A stretch of DNA of 64,000 nt from Gemmatimonadota bacterium (lineage in GTDB: Bacteria; Gemmatimonadota; Gemmatimonadetes; Palauibacterales; Palauibacteraceae), in NCBI GenBank assembly GCA_039589295.1, contig JBDHHR010000004.1, forward strand, positions 26,554-90,553, read 5' to 3'. This document shows, piece by piece, positions 1 to 11,416 of this stretch. The stretch's first letter is position 1, and every line of letters starts with the position of its first letter. The position numbers and the translations under genes are program-made. A model generated the notes under the pieces. The model did not search any database and had not been told where the DNA came from. It worked only from the letters and a program-made list of their open reading frames with translations.

Positions 1-2058
<2,058 letters not shown>

Positions 2059-2100
2059 AGACGAGCCCGGGCGCGCGAAGACGATTCGTTCACGCTCCGT

Positions 2101-2130
2101 AAGCTAATGCGCCCACTGAGATTCTGTCAA
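2101..2130 (-). promoter_or_regulatory. Putative sigma70 promoter for kdsB-pyrG
   Basis: TTGACA (2130-2125), 18 nt, TAGCTT (2106-2101) on minus strand, intergenic. Confidence 0.55.
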
Positions 2131-2183
2131 AGGCAGGCCGGCTCGGCCGTAGCGGCGACCGTGACCGAGGGCCGCACATTCAC

Positions 2184-3713
2184 CTACAGGTCACCCGGGA
2201 AACTCAGCATGGCGTAGATGGCCGGGTCCGTGTCATTGCCGCTCGGATCCACCGCGACACCGGCCTCGAATACGGACATTCGGCCGCCCAGCATCAGGTT
2301 CGCGTCGAAGCGCGCGGCCTCCCGTTCAGCCCAGGCGGCACCCATGGCCACCCGGAAGAAGAGCTCCGGAGTGCCCAGCAATCCCAAAGCTAGAGCTGCA
2401 ACCGGCACGGCGTACGTAGCCTGTCCGTAGACGAGGCGCGGACCACGCCTCGAAAGGATCGGAAGCGTCGGAAGCGTAACTCGCCCGCCGAACGCCGACC
2501 ATCGCTGACCGGGCACAGACCCGGCCAGATCGCCGCGGGCGACGCCGAACAGATCCAGTTGATGGCCTGATACGACCTGCCCCCGCCAGCGGACTCGAAC
2601 ATCCCCCAGCAGGAAGCTGAAATCGCCCGCTACCGTTGAGTCGGCTGCTTCCAGAACAGCCTGCACCACAATCCGTCCGGTGGCGGTCCGCTGCCGATAC
2701 GTGACCCCCAGGATAGCGCTCCAGGTGTCGCCTTCGTCGATCGGTGGGTTCTGCCGGACGTCCTCGTCGGACCCGAAAAGAGCGAACTGCTCTCGCGCCT
2801 GGATGCTTCGGGCCTTCTCCCACTGCATGACCAGGCGGGGCGACCAGCCATCCGGGACTGCCCGGCGCACGACGAAGGCGGCTCGGTCCGAGCGATAGTA
2901 GTCACGGAAGTCGTCGCCCGTGAAGAGGTAGGCAAAGGAGTTCGAGACCGCGCCGCGGGCCCAGTCCTCGTTGCTTCGGGTAGCCCGCTCCGCTTCGACC
3001 CCCAGCTCGAACTCCGCGGCGGGATGCCAGTAGTGTCTGGCCGTTCCCTCGAAGCTATTCTGTTCCGTCTTGAACCGGGCCACGAGCTCAAGGGACGGCG
3101 ACCCCGCCCAGTTCACGGCCCGGCCGGTAACGCCCCAGGCTAACGTGAGCTCGTCCACTCGCTCGTAGGTTGGGGCCTTGAATCCGTGCAGCCCGTGAAG
3201 CTGGATGGCCCTGGGAACCCTTCGTACCGGAGAGATGGTCCAGCCTCCGGCCCTCGGGGCCACGGCGTACAGGTCGTTCGGCAGGTACTTCACCGAACCC
3301 GCCACGACCGCGAGGCTCGATCCGTAGTAGCCTCCGCCCAGAACCAGCACATCGCCCGAGATGTTCGCACCCGGCCTGAGGAAGAGGTCGCCGTCCACCA
3401 CGAACACGTCGCCCCTGATCTCGGCCGCCGTTCGGACCGTGGCTTGGAGGACGAGCACCTTGCCCTCGACCACTTCCCCCGGTGAGAGCACCGTGTCCCG
3501 CACCCACAATTCGTACTCGCCATCTCTGAGCAACGCGTCGAGGCGCAGCTCCGCCTCGCCCCTCGGACGGGTGACGAATTCCACCTCCTGAGCCCTCGCG
3601 TGGGCGGCGAACGGCCCCGTGCCGGCGGCCAGGAACACTGCCGCTATGACCGGGGCGGCTGCCGGCCTACGAGGACCGGGCCGTTTCACCAGACCCCGAG
3701 GCCCGGAACTCAT
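2184..3713 (-). CDS. Hypothetical exported protein: signal peptide, short beta-helix-like repeats, probable C-terminal outer-membrane beta-barrel
   Basis: ATG at 3713 overlaps nitroreductase stop (ATGA); signal-like VIAAVFLAAG...AHARA; repeated V/I-x-G-D-V-x-V; amphipathic aromatic-rich strands in C-terminal region. Confidence 0.7.
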   Translation of the reverse strand: MSSGPRGLVKRPGPRRPAAAPVIAAVFLAAGTGPFAAHARAQEVEFVTRPRGEAELRLDALLRDGEYELWVRDTVLSPGEVVEGKVLVLQATVRTAAEIRGDVFVVDGDLFLRPGANISGDVLVLGGGYYGSSLAVVAGSVKYLPNDLYAVAPRAGGWTISPVRRVPRAIQLHGLHGFKAPTYERVDELTLAWGVTGRAVNWAGSPSLELVARFKTEQNSFEGTARHYWHPAAEFELGVEAERATRSNEDWARGAVSNSFAYLFTGDDFRDYYRSDRAAFVVRRAVPDGWSPRLVMQWEKARSIQAREQFALFGSDEDVRQNPPIDEGDTWSAILGVTYRQRTATGRIVVQAVLEAADSTVAGDFSFLLGDVRVRWRGQVVSGHQLDLFGVARGDLAGSVPGQRWSAFGGRVTLPTLPILSRRGPRLVYGQATYAVPVAALALGLLGTPELFFRVAMGAAWAEREAARFDANLMLGGRMSVFEAGVAVDPSGNDTDPAIYAMLSFPGDL

Positions 3714-4246
3714 CGTGAGGTGCTCTCCCAGCGCTCCCAGGCAACGACTTCTTCTGAGGCACGGCGCCCCGGCAGCCGTTGGAACCCATCCGGATAGCCG
3801 AGAGCCAACAACGTGACGATCGGTACATCGCTCGGTATCGAAAGGATCTCCCGCAGCACGCTCTCCCGATATCCCGTGATCCAGGCCGCGGCCAGTCCCA
3901 TGTCGGCAGCCGCGAGCACCATGCTCTGGGCGGCGGCGGCCAGATCCACCGGGTGGCTGGGCCTGCCGTGTCCGCTCACGTGAGAGTGGATCCGTGCGCA
4001 TCCGAGGATGAGCGCCGGAGCAGTGCGCACGAGTGGATTGTTGAACGCCGCCGCGGCGATCCGATGGCGGGCCAGGGCGTCCTGCACGACCACGAAACGC
4101 CACGGCTGAGCCTCTTTCGCCGATGCAGTATGGCGGCCGCATTCCACTACCCGAATCAGCAAATCCGGGGGGATGCGGCGTTCCGCGAACCGGCGTACGC
4201 CCTGGCGGTTTCGCAACAGGCTGAGAACCCGGGACACGGCGCTCAC
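3710..4246 (-). CDS. Nitroreductase family protein
   Basis: RQGVRRF, QPWRFVVV, AAAQSMVLAAADMGLAAAWITG, LLALGYP motifs. Confidence 0.9.
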   Translation of the reverse strand: MSAVSRVLSLLRNRQGVRRFAERRIPPDLLIRVVECGRHTASAKEAQPWRFVVVQDALARHRIAAAAFNNPLVRTAPALILGCARIHSHVSGHGRPSHPVDLAAAAQSMVLAAADMGLAAAWITGYRESVLREILSIPSDVPIVTLLALGYPDGFQRLPGRRASEEVVAWERWESTSR

Positions 4247-4252
4247 GCCGCC

Positions 4253-5257
4253 TCACCCACGCGGATGGTAGTGTTTGTGCTCTTCCTGCAGGTATTGACG
4301 ATCCACATGGGTGTAGATCTGCGTCGTGGATATGTCCGCGTGCCCCAGCATTTCCTGAACTGCCACCAGGTTCGCTCCACGCTCCAACAGGTGCGTCGCG
4401 AAGCTGTGGCGGAAGGAGTGGGGGGTAACGCTCGAGAACCCAGCGCCTTCCGCGTGGCGTCGAACGATCTTCCAGGCTCCCATGCGGCTCAGGGGTCTGC
4501 CCTGGCGGCTCAGAAAGAGCACCCCCCGTGACTCTCCTCGCCGGTCCAGGACTCCACGCCAGGAATCAAGGTATCGCCGCACCGCAGCCGCCGCACTGCC
4601 TCCAACCGGTACCAGCCGCGCTTTACCACCCTTGCCGGTGACCCTGACCAGGCGGTCTTCCAGGTCGACATCACGCACCCGAAGAGCCATCAGTTCCGAA
4701 ATGCGCAGGCCCGCTCCGTAGAGGACCTCCAGCATGGCTACGTCTCTGACCGCGAGCGCCTTTGAATACGGGGCCAGCGCCAGCGTACCCTCCGCCAGTT
4801 CTGCCCCGCGCTCGGCCGCGTCGAGGATAGTCTTTACCTGCGCATAGCTCAGCGCGTGAGGCAGCGCGGGCCGGATCCGGGGAGACTCGAGCAGAGCGGT
4901 GGGATCCTCGTCCACGTACCCCTCCGTGACCAGAAACGCGAAGTAGCTCCGCAGTGCCGAACGGGCCCGGGCCACGCTCCTCGCCGCCAGCCCCTTCCCG
5001 CGTCCCTGGTGACCGAGTGCGGTTGCCCCGCCTTCCACTGTCAGATGGTGCAGGAAGTCCCTCAGAGTCCCGTAAGTGATATCCGCCGGAGAATCGATCC
5101 CTTGATCGGCAGCGAAACGGATCAGTACCTGGCAGTCCCGCAGGTAGGCCGCCACCGTGTTGTCCGCCAGCCCGCGCTCGAACCGCAGGTAGTCCACGAA
5201 GGTCTCGAGGACAAACGACCGAGCCAGCGGCGCTCCCATCGTGTCCGGCCTGCTCAT
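4253..5257 (-). CDS. xerD: Tyrosine recombinase XerD
   Basis: ERGLADNTVAAYLRD N-terminus; LYGAGLRISEL, GKGGKARLVP, TPHSFRHSFATHLLE, EMLGHADISTTQIYTHV, YHPR; ATG at 5257 overlaps dedA stop. Confidence 0.9.
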   Translation of the reverse strand: MSRPDTMGAPLARSFVLETFVDYLRFERGLADNTVAAYLRDCQVLIRFAADQGIDSPADITYGTLRDFLHHLTVEGGATALGHQGRGKGLAARSVARARSALRSYFAFLVTEGYVDEDPTALLESPRIRPALPHALSYAQVKTILDAAERGAELAEGTLALAPYSKALAVRDVAMLEVLYGAGLRISELMALRVRDVDLEDRLVRVTGKGGKARLVPVGGSAAAAVRRYLDSWRGVLDRRGESRGVLFLSRQGRPLSRMGAWKIVRRHAEGAGFSSVTPHSFRHSFATHLLERGANLVAVQEMLGHADISTTQIYTHVDRQYLQEEHKHYHPRG

Positions 5258-5886
5258 CGATCCTCGCCATCCGACGGGTGTCGGGAGCGCCACCAGAGCC
5301 ACCCCAGCGAGAGCGCCACCAGAGCGGCGACAACCGCGGCTGTCGTGTTCACGGCCTGGAGAGCGCCCAAGATTCGAGGCACGTTGCGCGAGGCCAGGAT
5401 TCCCAATCCGACCAGAGCCCCGTACCAACCGGCGGAAGCTACAGCGAGCGGTGCGGAGGTACGCCAGAAACCGAGTCGGCTGATTCCGGCGAACGCCGGC
5501 ACCAGAACTCGGAACACGGGGAAGAACCGGCTCACCAGAATAGTGATGGCTCCGTACTCGGCGTAGAAAACGGACATCCGGTGGAGCTGCGCCGGGCGCA
5601 GGAGCCAGTGTCCCCAGCGGGTCGCGAAGATCTCGTTCCCGAATCGGCGAGCGGCCAGGTACACGCCCAGCGCGAGAACCAGGTTGCTCAACCAGGCAAC
5701 CAGAAAGACGAGCCAGCCGTTGAGTATATCGCGATCGGCCAGCACGCCCCCTGCCACGACAGCCATGTCCGACGGAATGGGAGGGAACAGGTTTTCGACC
5801 GCGGCACCCGCCCCCACCAGCAGGTAGGCCATCTCGACCGGAATCTGGCTGACGAGGCGCAGAAGCGCTTCGAGCTGTTCCTGCAT
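5254..5886 (-). CDS. DedA family membrane protein
   Basis: ENLFPPIPSD and SRFFPVFR motifs, hydrophobic helices. Confidence 0.9.
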   Translation of the reverse strand: MQEQLEALLRLVSQIPVEMAYLLVGAGAAVENLFPPIPSDMAVVAGGVLADRDILNGWLVFLVAWLSNLVLALGVYLAARRFGNEIFATRWGHWLLRPAQLHRMSVFYAEYGAITILVSRFFPVFRVLVPAFAGISRLGFWRTSAPLAVASAGWYGALVGLGILASRNVPRILGALQAVNTTAAVVAALVALSLGWLWWRSRHPSDGEDR

Positions 5887-5890
5887 GGGA

Positions 5891-6403
5891 TCAACCGCCG
5901 CGGGAGCCCGAGTCGAGAGGATCTCCGTCGTCGATGTGGCTCAGCACGGCCACCGCCAGCGCAGCCAGCCCCTCGCCACGGCCCACCCAGCCCATTCCCT
6001 CGTTGCTCTTCCCTTTGACCGAAACCGCTTCGGGCCGGACTCTCAGTCTCGTGGCCAGTAGTGCGCTCATCTCACCCGCGTGCGGTTGGATCGGGGGATG
6101 CTCTGCGATGACTGTCACGTCCACGTTGGAGACCCTGTAGTTCCGCTCCTCGACAAGTCGCACGGTTCGCTCGAGAAGCTCCAGAGAGTCGCAACCTTCC
6201 AGGGCGGGATCCGTGTCCGGGAAATGCTCGCCGATGCTACCGAGACTAGCCGCACCCAGAAGCGCATCGATCACCGCGTGCGCCACCGCATCTCCGTCGG
6301 AGTGCCCTGTCAGGCCCGGCTCACCTGGGATGGTGACTCCGCCAAGCACCATCGGGAGGCCCGGATCGAATCGATGAGAATCGTAGCCAATGCCGACGCG
6401 CAC
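5891..6403 (-). CDS. ispF: 2-C-methyl-D-erythritol 2,4-cyclodiphosphate synthase
   Basis: MRVGIGYDSHRF, GHSDGDAVAHAVIDALLGA, IGEHFPDTDP, GRGEG. Confidence 0.97.
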   Translation of the reverse strand: MRVGIGYDSHRFDPGLPMVLGGVTIPGEPGLTGHSDGDAVAHAVIDALLGAASLGSIGEHFPDTDPALEGCDSLELLERTVRLVEERNYRVSNVDVTVIAEHPPIQPHAGEMSALLATRLRVRPEAVSVKGKSNEGMGWVGRGEGLAALAVAVLSHIDDGDPLDSGSRGG

Positions 6404-6433
6404 CGTACCTATCCTCCCGGCGACGGCGACCCG

Positions 6434-6847
6434 TCAGGCCCCACCGGCCAATCGAAGTAGGCGAAGCGCCAGGTGGGCGGCATTCCTGGAATTGTCGATG
6501 CCCACTGTTGCCACAGGAACCCCGGGGGGCATCTGCGCGATGGCGAGAAGGGCGTCCATACCCCCTAGTGTACCGGCCGAGATAGGAACTCCGATCACCG
6601 GCAGCTCCGTGTGCGCCGCCACGACACCCGGGAGTGCAGCCGACAAACCGGCTCCGCAGATGACTGCCGAGAATCCATCGGACTCCGCCCGGGCGGCCAC
6701 TTCTGCCGCCCGGGCGGGGTCGCGGTGGGCGCTGGCCACCACCACCTCGACGTCGACTCCCGCGGCGGTCAGCACGTCGATCCCTCCCTGCATCACTGCA
6801 CGGTCGGACTCCGAGCCCATCATCATCAGGAGGCGTCCCCGCGCCAT
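6434..6847 (-). CDS. purE: PurE (N5-CAIR mutase / AIR carboxylase family)
   Basis: MGSESD, ASAHR, PVIGVP, GMDALLAIAQMPPGVPVATV; start at 6847 coupled to mqnC stop (TGATG). Confidence 0.93.
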   Translation of the reverse strand: MARGRLLMMMGSESDRAVMQGGIDVLTAAGVDVEVVVASAHRDPARAAEVAARAESDGFSAVICGAGLSAALPGVVAAHTELPVIGVPISAGTLGGMDALLAIAQMPPGVPVATVGIDNSRNAAHLALRLLRLAGGA

Positions 6848-7953
6848 CAGGCCGCTCTCCTCCCGAGGCAGACACGACAGCCACAGTACCAATCCAGCTC
6901 TGGATCCACGCGCCGGTAGTCCTGATATCGCGGAACAGCTTGGAACCCAGCTTCCTCGATGGCCCGCACCAAGTCACTCCTCGCCATGATGAAGTCGGTT
7001 CCCGCCGCGGAAACGACGTTCTCCTCCATCATCAGGGACCCGAAGTCGTTGCAGCCGAAGTGCAAAGCTATCTGCGCCACCTTCGGGCCCTGGGTCACGT
7101 AGCTCACCTGCAGATTCCAGACGTTGTCGATGACGATCCTCGACATTGCCACGGTCTTCAGGTATTCCGTCGCCGTGGCTTCCGGCGTACCTGCCATACC
7201 GGTTCCCTCCGGCTGCAGGGTCCAGGGAATAAAGGCCGTGAACCCTCCGGTCTCGGCCTGCAGATCCCTGATGCGGATCATGTGCTCTACCCTCTGTCGC
7301 CGGGTCTCACCCGTGCCGAACATCATCGTTGCGCTACTCAGCAGCCCGTGCCGATGCACGGCTCGGTGAATCTCCAGCCACCGGGCTGTGTCAGTCTTCT
7401 TCCTGGCGATCCGGTCACGCACCTCGTCCACTAGGATCTCCGCGCCGGCTCCCGGCACAGAGTCCAGGCCCGCGTCACGCAATTCGCCGATCACGCGCTC
7501 AATCTCTACCCGGTGGACTCGCGCTATGATATCGAGCTCGGAGGCCGAGAAGCCGTGAACATGGATGGGGTGGTTGTCCTTGATGTACTCGAGAAGAGAC
7601 GTGTAGTAGTCCAGTTTGAGATACGGATTGTGTCCGCCCTGCATGAGTATCTGCACCGCGCCGAGCGCCTTCGCCTCCTCGATCTTGGCTCCTATCGCCT
7701 CGTTCGACAGGACGTAACCTTCCGAGTGACCTGGCCTGCGGTAGAAGGCGCAGAAGGAGCAGTCGGTGATGCAGATATTCGTGTAGTTGATGTTACGGTC
7801 GAGGATGTACGTTACCTCACCGGCCGCGTCCGCTGCCGCCGCCATGCCTCCCAGTTCGAGAAGCGACCTGTCGTACAGGGCGGCGTACTCATCCACCTCC
7901 TCCATATCGACGGGGCGCAGTCCCGTATCCGTCGAGACGGCAGCCCCGCTCAT
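6847..7953 (-). CDS. mqnC: Cyclic dehypoxanthinyl futalosine synthase (radical SAM)
   Basis: DRNINYTNICITDCSFCAF, ILMQGG, PGAGAEIL, ATMMFG, EENVVSAAG; adjacent to mqnE. Confidence 0.9.
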   Translation of the reverse strand: MSGAAVSTDTGLRPVDMEEVDEYAALYDRSLLELGGMAAAADAAGEVTYILDRNINYTNICITDCSFCAFYRRPGHSEGYVLSNEAIGAKIEEAKALGAVQILMQGGHNPYLKLDYYTSLLEYIKDNHPIHVHGFSASELDIIARVHRVEIERVIGELRDAGLDSVPGAGAEILVDEVRDRIARKKTDTARWLEIHRAVHRHGLLSSATMMFGTGETRRQRVEHMIRIRDLQAETGGFTAFIPWTLQPEGTGMAGTPEATATEYLKTVAMSRIVIDNVWNLQVSYVTQGPKVAQIALHFGCNDFGSLMMEENVVSAAGTDFIMARSDLVRAIEEAGFQAVPRYQDYRRVDPELDWYCGCRVCLGRRAA

Positions 7954-9107
7954 GCGGCTACGGGATCGCTGACGGGGTTGTACAGGGTGTCCCGCTCTAC
8001 CGGTGTCTTGCCGGCGTCCTCGATCAGCGAGACGATCTCGGAGAGGTCGAGGCCCACGGGCGTTGCGGCCCCGGCGGTGTGGGTGATCTTCTCCAGCACC
8101 ACCGTACCCTCGAGGTCGTCCACGCCGAAATCCAGGGCTATCTGCGAGACGCGGGTGGTGACCATGATCCAATGAGTCTTGATGTGGGCGAAGTTGTCCA
8201 GGAGGATACGGCCCACCGCCAATGTCTTGAGATCGTCGACACCGCTAGTGCGCCTGCCCTCCAGGCCCCGCTCCCGACCCAGCGCCGTGTTGTCCGGGTG
8301 CCAAGCCAGAGGAATGAACGTGCTGAACCCGCCGGTCTCGTCCTGGAGCTCCCGGAGCATCAGCATGTGATCGACCCGGTCGGCGTAGGACTCGACGTGT
8401 CCGTACAGCAGCGTGCAGTTGGAAGGGATGCCCAAGCCGTGCGCCTCCCGATGCACCCGGAGCCATTCCTCGGCCGCCAGCTTGCGATCGGCAATTGTGG
8501 CGCGGACCGCATGGCTGAACACCTCGGCCCCACCACCGGGAATCGCATCCAACCCGGCCGCCCGAAGCCTCTCGAGCACCTGTAGCGTGCTGACTCCTTC
8601 GATACGGGCCAGATGAGCTATCTCCACCGCGGTCAGTGCCTTCAGGCGGACATCTGGATGCCTCTCCTTGAGACCCAGCAGCATGTCCGTGTAGTACGAC
8701 AACGGCAGCTTCGGGTGGAGCCCGCCGACGATGTGAAACTCGCGGGTCGGCGCCCGCCGGGCCGCTTCCGCCTCTGCAAAAACCTCGTCCAGCGACATGG
8801 TGTAGGCGTCTTCCGCCAACGGTTTCACTCCGTAGGAGCAGAAGACGCAGACTCGGTTCAGGACGCACACGTTGGTGGGGTTGATGTGCTGATTCGCCAC
8901 GTAGAACACCCGGTCGCCGTTCCTGCGGCGGTTCATGAGATCCGCCATCGCGCCGACCGCCAGAAGATCGTTCGTCTCGAAGAGCGCTATGCTTTCCTCG
9001 CGCGTCACCCGCTGCCCGGCCTCGACTTTTTCGGCGATGGGCACCAGGCGCGGATCGCGCGGCGCCACTCGCAGTGCGGGATCACTCGACGTGGAAGGCC
9101 TGATCAC
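7950..9107 (-). CDS. mqnE: Aminofutalosine synthase (radical SAM)
   Basis: HINPTNVCVLNRVCVFC, EFHIVGGLHP, KALTAVEI, PGGGAEVF, HIKTHWIM, PVERDTLY. Confidence 0.9.
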   Translation of the reverse strand: MIRPSTSSDPALRVAPRDPRLVPIAEKVEAGQRVTREESIALFETNDLLAVGAMADLMNRRRNGDRVFYVANQHINPTNVCVLNRVCVFCSYGVKPLAEDAYTMSLDEVFAEAEAARRAPTREFHIVGGLHPKLPLSYYTDMLLGLKERHPDVRLKALTAVEIAHLARIEGVSTLQVLERLRAAGLDAIPGGGAEVFSHAVRATIADRKLAAEEWLRVHREAHGLGIPSNCTLLYGHVESYADRVDHMLMLRELQDETGGFSTFIPLAWHPDNTALGRERGLEGRRTSGVDDLKTLAVGRILLDNFAHIKTHWIMVTTRVSQIALDFGVDDLEGTVVLEKITHTAGAATPVGLDLSEIVSLIEDAGKTPVERDTLYNPVSDPVAA

Positions 9108-10363
9108 GCGTCCTCGTACTTGCGGATCAGCAGGCTGACGTTATGCCCCCCGAAACCGAATGAGTTCGATAGCGCCACCCGGACATCACGCTCGACAGGT
9201 CCGCGAACGGCGTAGTCCAGGTCGCACAGAGGATCGGGAGTCTCGTAGTTGATGGTGGGCGGGATTAGTCCGCGCCGGCATACCAGAATCGAGATTGCCG
9301 CCTCCACGGCTCCTGCCGCCCCCAGGGTGTGGCCAGTCATCGACTTGGTCGAACCCACTACCACGCGGTAAGCCTGCGCGCCGAAGACAGCCTTGATGGC
9401 CTCCGTCTCCGTCGCGTCGTTCGCCGGCGTCGAAGTCCCGTGGGCGTTGATGTAGTCTATGTCCTCAGGCTCCAGTCCGGCATCCCGCAGGGCCTCACGC
9501 ATCGCGATCTGGGCCCCCTCTCCTCCCGGCGCCGGAGCCGTCATGTGGTAGGCATCAGCGCTCTGGCCGAAGCCGACCACCTCCCCCAGAATGGGCACGC
9601 CACGACTCCTGGCGTGGTCCAGCGCCTCGAGGATGAGAATACCGGCCCCCTCTCCCAGGACGAAGCCGTCACGGGTCGCATCGAACGGCCGCGAGGCCGT
9701 CTCGGGCGAGTCGTTCCTCTCCGACAGGGCCTTCATGGACGCGAAGCCGGCGACACACAGCGGGGTTACCGTGGCCTCGGCGCCCCCGCTGATCATCACG
9801 TCGGATTCGTTCCGCCGGATCGACCTGTACGCCGCCCCAACCGCGTGAGCGCTCGAGGCACAGGCCGAGACCGTAGCGTAGTTCGGCCCGCGAGCCCTGT
9901 ACTTCATCGAGATCATGCCGGCCGCCATGTCGGAGATGAACATCGGAATGAAGAACGGTGAAACACGGCTGGGGCCGCGCTCCAGCAACCTCTCGTGCTG
10001 GGCCTCCATCGTCGCCAGTCCCCCGATGCCGCTGCCGACTATTACACCGACCCGCTCGGCCGCGAGTCCCGCCAACGCCGCCTCGACGTCGGCCTCCTCG
10101 ACCGCCTGCTGCGCGGCTGCCAGCGCGAATTGCAGGAAGCGGTCGGCGCGCTTCACCGCCTTCCGATCCATGTAGTCCAGCGGATCGAACCCCTTCACCT
10201 CGCACGCGAAGCGGACCGCTTGATCATCCGCGTCGAACAAGGTTATCGCACCGGCCCCGCTCGTGCCGCCGACCATGGCCTGCCAGGTTTCCTCCACGTT
10301 CAGGCCCAGCGGAGTGATCAGTCCGAGGCCCGTGACGACCACGCGCCGTTCGTCGATCATCAA
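9104..10363 (-). CDS. fabF: 3-oxoacyl-ACP synthase II
   Basis: RRVVVTGLG, SACASSAH, YINAHGTST, STKSMTGH, SNSFGFGGHN. Confidence 0.97.
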   Translation of the reverse strand: MMIDERRVVVTGLGLITPLGLNVEETWQAMVGGTSGAGAITLFDADDQAVRFACEVKGFDPLDYMDRKAVKRADRFLQFALAAAQQAVEEADVEAALAGLAAERVGVIVGSGIGGLATMEAQHERLLERGPSRVSPFFIPMFISDMAAGMISMKYRARGPNYATVSACASSAHAVGAAYRSIRRNESDVMISGGAEATVTPLCVAGFASMKALSERNDSPETASRPFDATRDGFVLGEGAGILILEALDHARSRGVPILGEVVGFGQSADAYHMTAPAPGGEGAQIAMREALRDAGLEPEDIDYINAHGTSTPANDATETEAIKAVFGAQAYRVVVGSTKSMTGHTLGAAGAVEAAISILVCRRGLIPPTINYETPDPLCDLDYAVRGPVERDVRVALSNSFGFGGHNVSLLIRKYEDA

Positions 10364-10389
10364 GTGTCTCCCGGTCGCGAAGGACGGGC

Positions 10390-10623
10390 CTATTGCTTCT
10401 CTTGCAGGTACTTGATCGCGTGGCCGACCGTCTGCATCTGCTCGGCATCTTCGTCCGGAATCTCGACTCCGAACTCCTCCTCGAACGCCATCACCAGCTC
10501 CACCGTGTCGAGTGAGTCCGCGCCGAGGTCCTCGACGAACGATGCTTCGTCGGTCACCTTCTCGAGCTCCACTCCGAGCTCGTTGGCGATAATCTCTCTG
10601 ACTCTGTCTGCCGTGTCCGACAT
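10390..10623 (-). CDS. acpP: Acyl carrier protein
   Basis: [21 protein letters not shown] phosphopantetheine motif. Confidence 0.97.
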   Translation of the reverse strand: MSDTADRVREIIANELGVELEKVTDEASFVEDLGADSLDTVELVMAFEEEFGVEIPDEDAEQMQTVGHAIKYLQEKQ

Positions 10624-10678
10624 CGCGTTCACCTCTTTCACTGTTCCTTGCCTGTCGAGCGCCCGTTCCGGGCTCGAT

Positions 10679-11416
10679 TCACATCACCATGCCGCCGTCG
10701 ACTACCAGGACCTGCCCCGTGACGTACACCGCGGCCGGGCCGGCCAGAAAGCGGACGGCTCCGGCCACGTCCTCCGGAGCACCGAACCGTCCCAGCGGGA
10801 TTCTCTCGAAGAGGGCCGTTCGCGCTTCCTGTCCCAGCTCGGCCGTCAGCTCGGTCTCGATGAAACCAGGAGCCACCACGTTGGCCAGAATGCCGCGCGA
10901 AGCGAGTTCCTGCGCCGCCGACTTCGTCAGTCCAATCAGCCCCGCCTTGGACGCCGCATAGTTGGCCTGTCCGCGGTTTCCCGTCAACCCTACGACGCTG
11001 GCGATATTGATGATGCGACCCTCCCTGCGTTTCATCATGCCCCGGGTCACGGCCCGTATCATGTTGAACGGGCCTCGCAGGTTGGTCGCCATCACCGCTT
11101 CCCAGTCTTCATCCCTCAGCCGCGGCAGGATGTTGTCCCGGGTGATGCCTGCGTTGTTTACCAGGATCTCGACCCCGCCGACCGTGTCCTCCACGCGCGT
11201 CACCAGCTCGCGGCACTGGTCGGCGACCGACACGTCGCAGGCGAGGCCGAGGCCTCCCCCACCTGGAAGGCTCTCCCCCACCCGGGAAGCTCGTTCGCCG
11301 TCGCGGGCGACCACGACCACCCTGGCTCCTGCCTCACTGAGCTCGCGGGCGATGGCGAGGCCTATTCCCCGCGACCCTCCCGTCACGATCGCGATTCTTC
11401 CGTCAAGCTCTGGCAT
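10679..11416 (-). CDS. fabG: 3-oxoacyl-ACP reductase
   Basis: [28 protein letters not shown]; fab operon context. Confidence 0.96.
   Translation of the reverse strand: MPELDGRIAIVTGGSRGIGLAIARELSEAGARVVVVARDGERASRVGESLPGGGGLGLACDVSVADQCRELVTRVEDTVGGVEILVNNAGITRDNILPRLRDEDWEAVMATNLRGPFNMIRAVTRGMMKRREGRIINIASVVGLTGNRGQANYAASKAGLIGLTKSAAQELASRGILANVVAPGFIETELTAELGQEARTALFERIPLGRFGAPEDVAGAVRFLAGPAAVYVTGQVLVVDGGMVM

Noticed and set aside
2184-4256. 690-aa ORF as called by the ORF track
   Set aside because: Its N-terminal part overlaps the nitroreductase in another frame; real start most likely at 3713
4253-5257. Tyrosine recombinase as possible mobile-element integrase
   Set aside because: XerD-type termini, embedded in a housekeeping operon, no att sites or cargo genes seen
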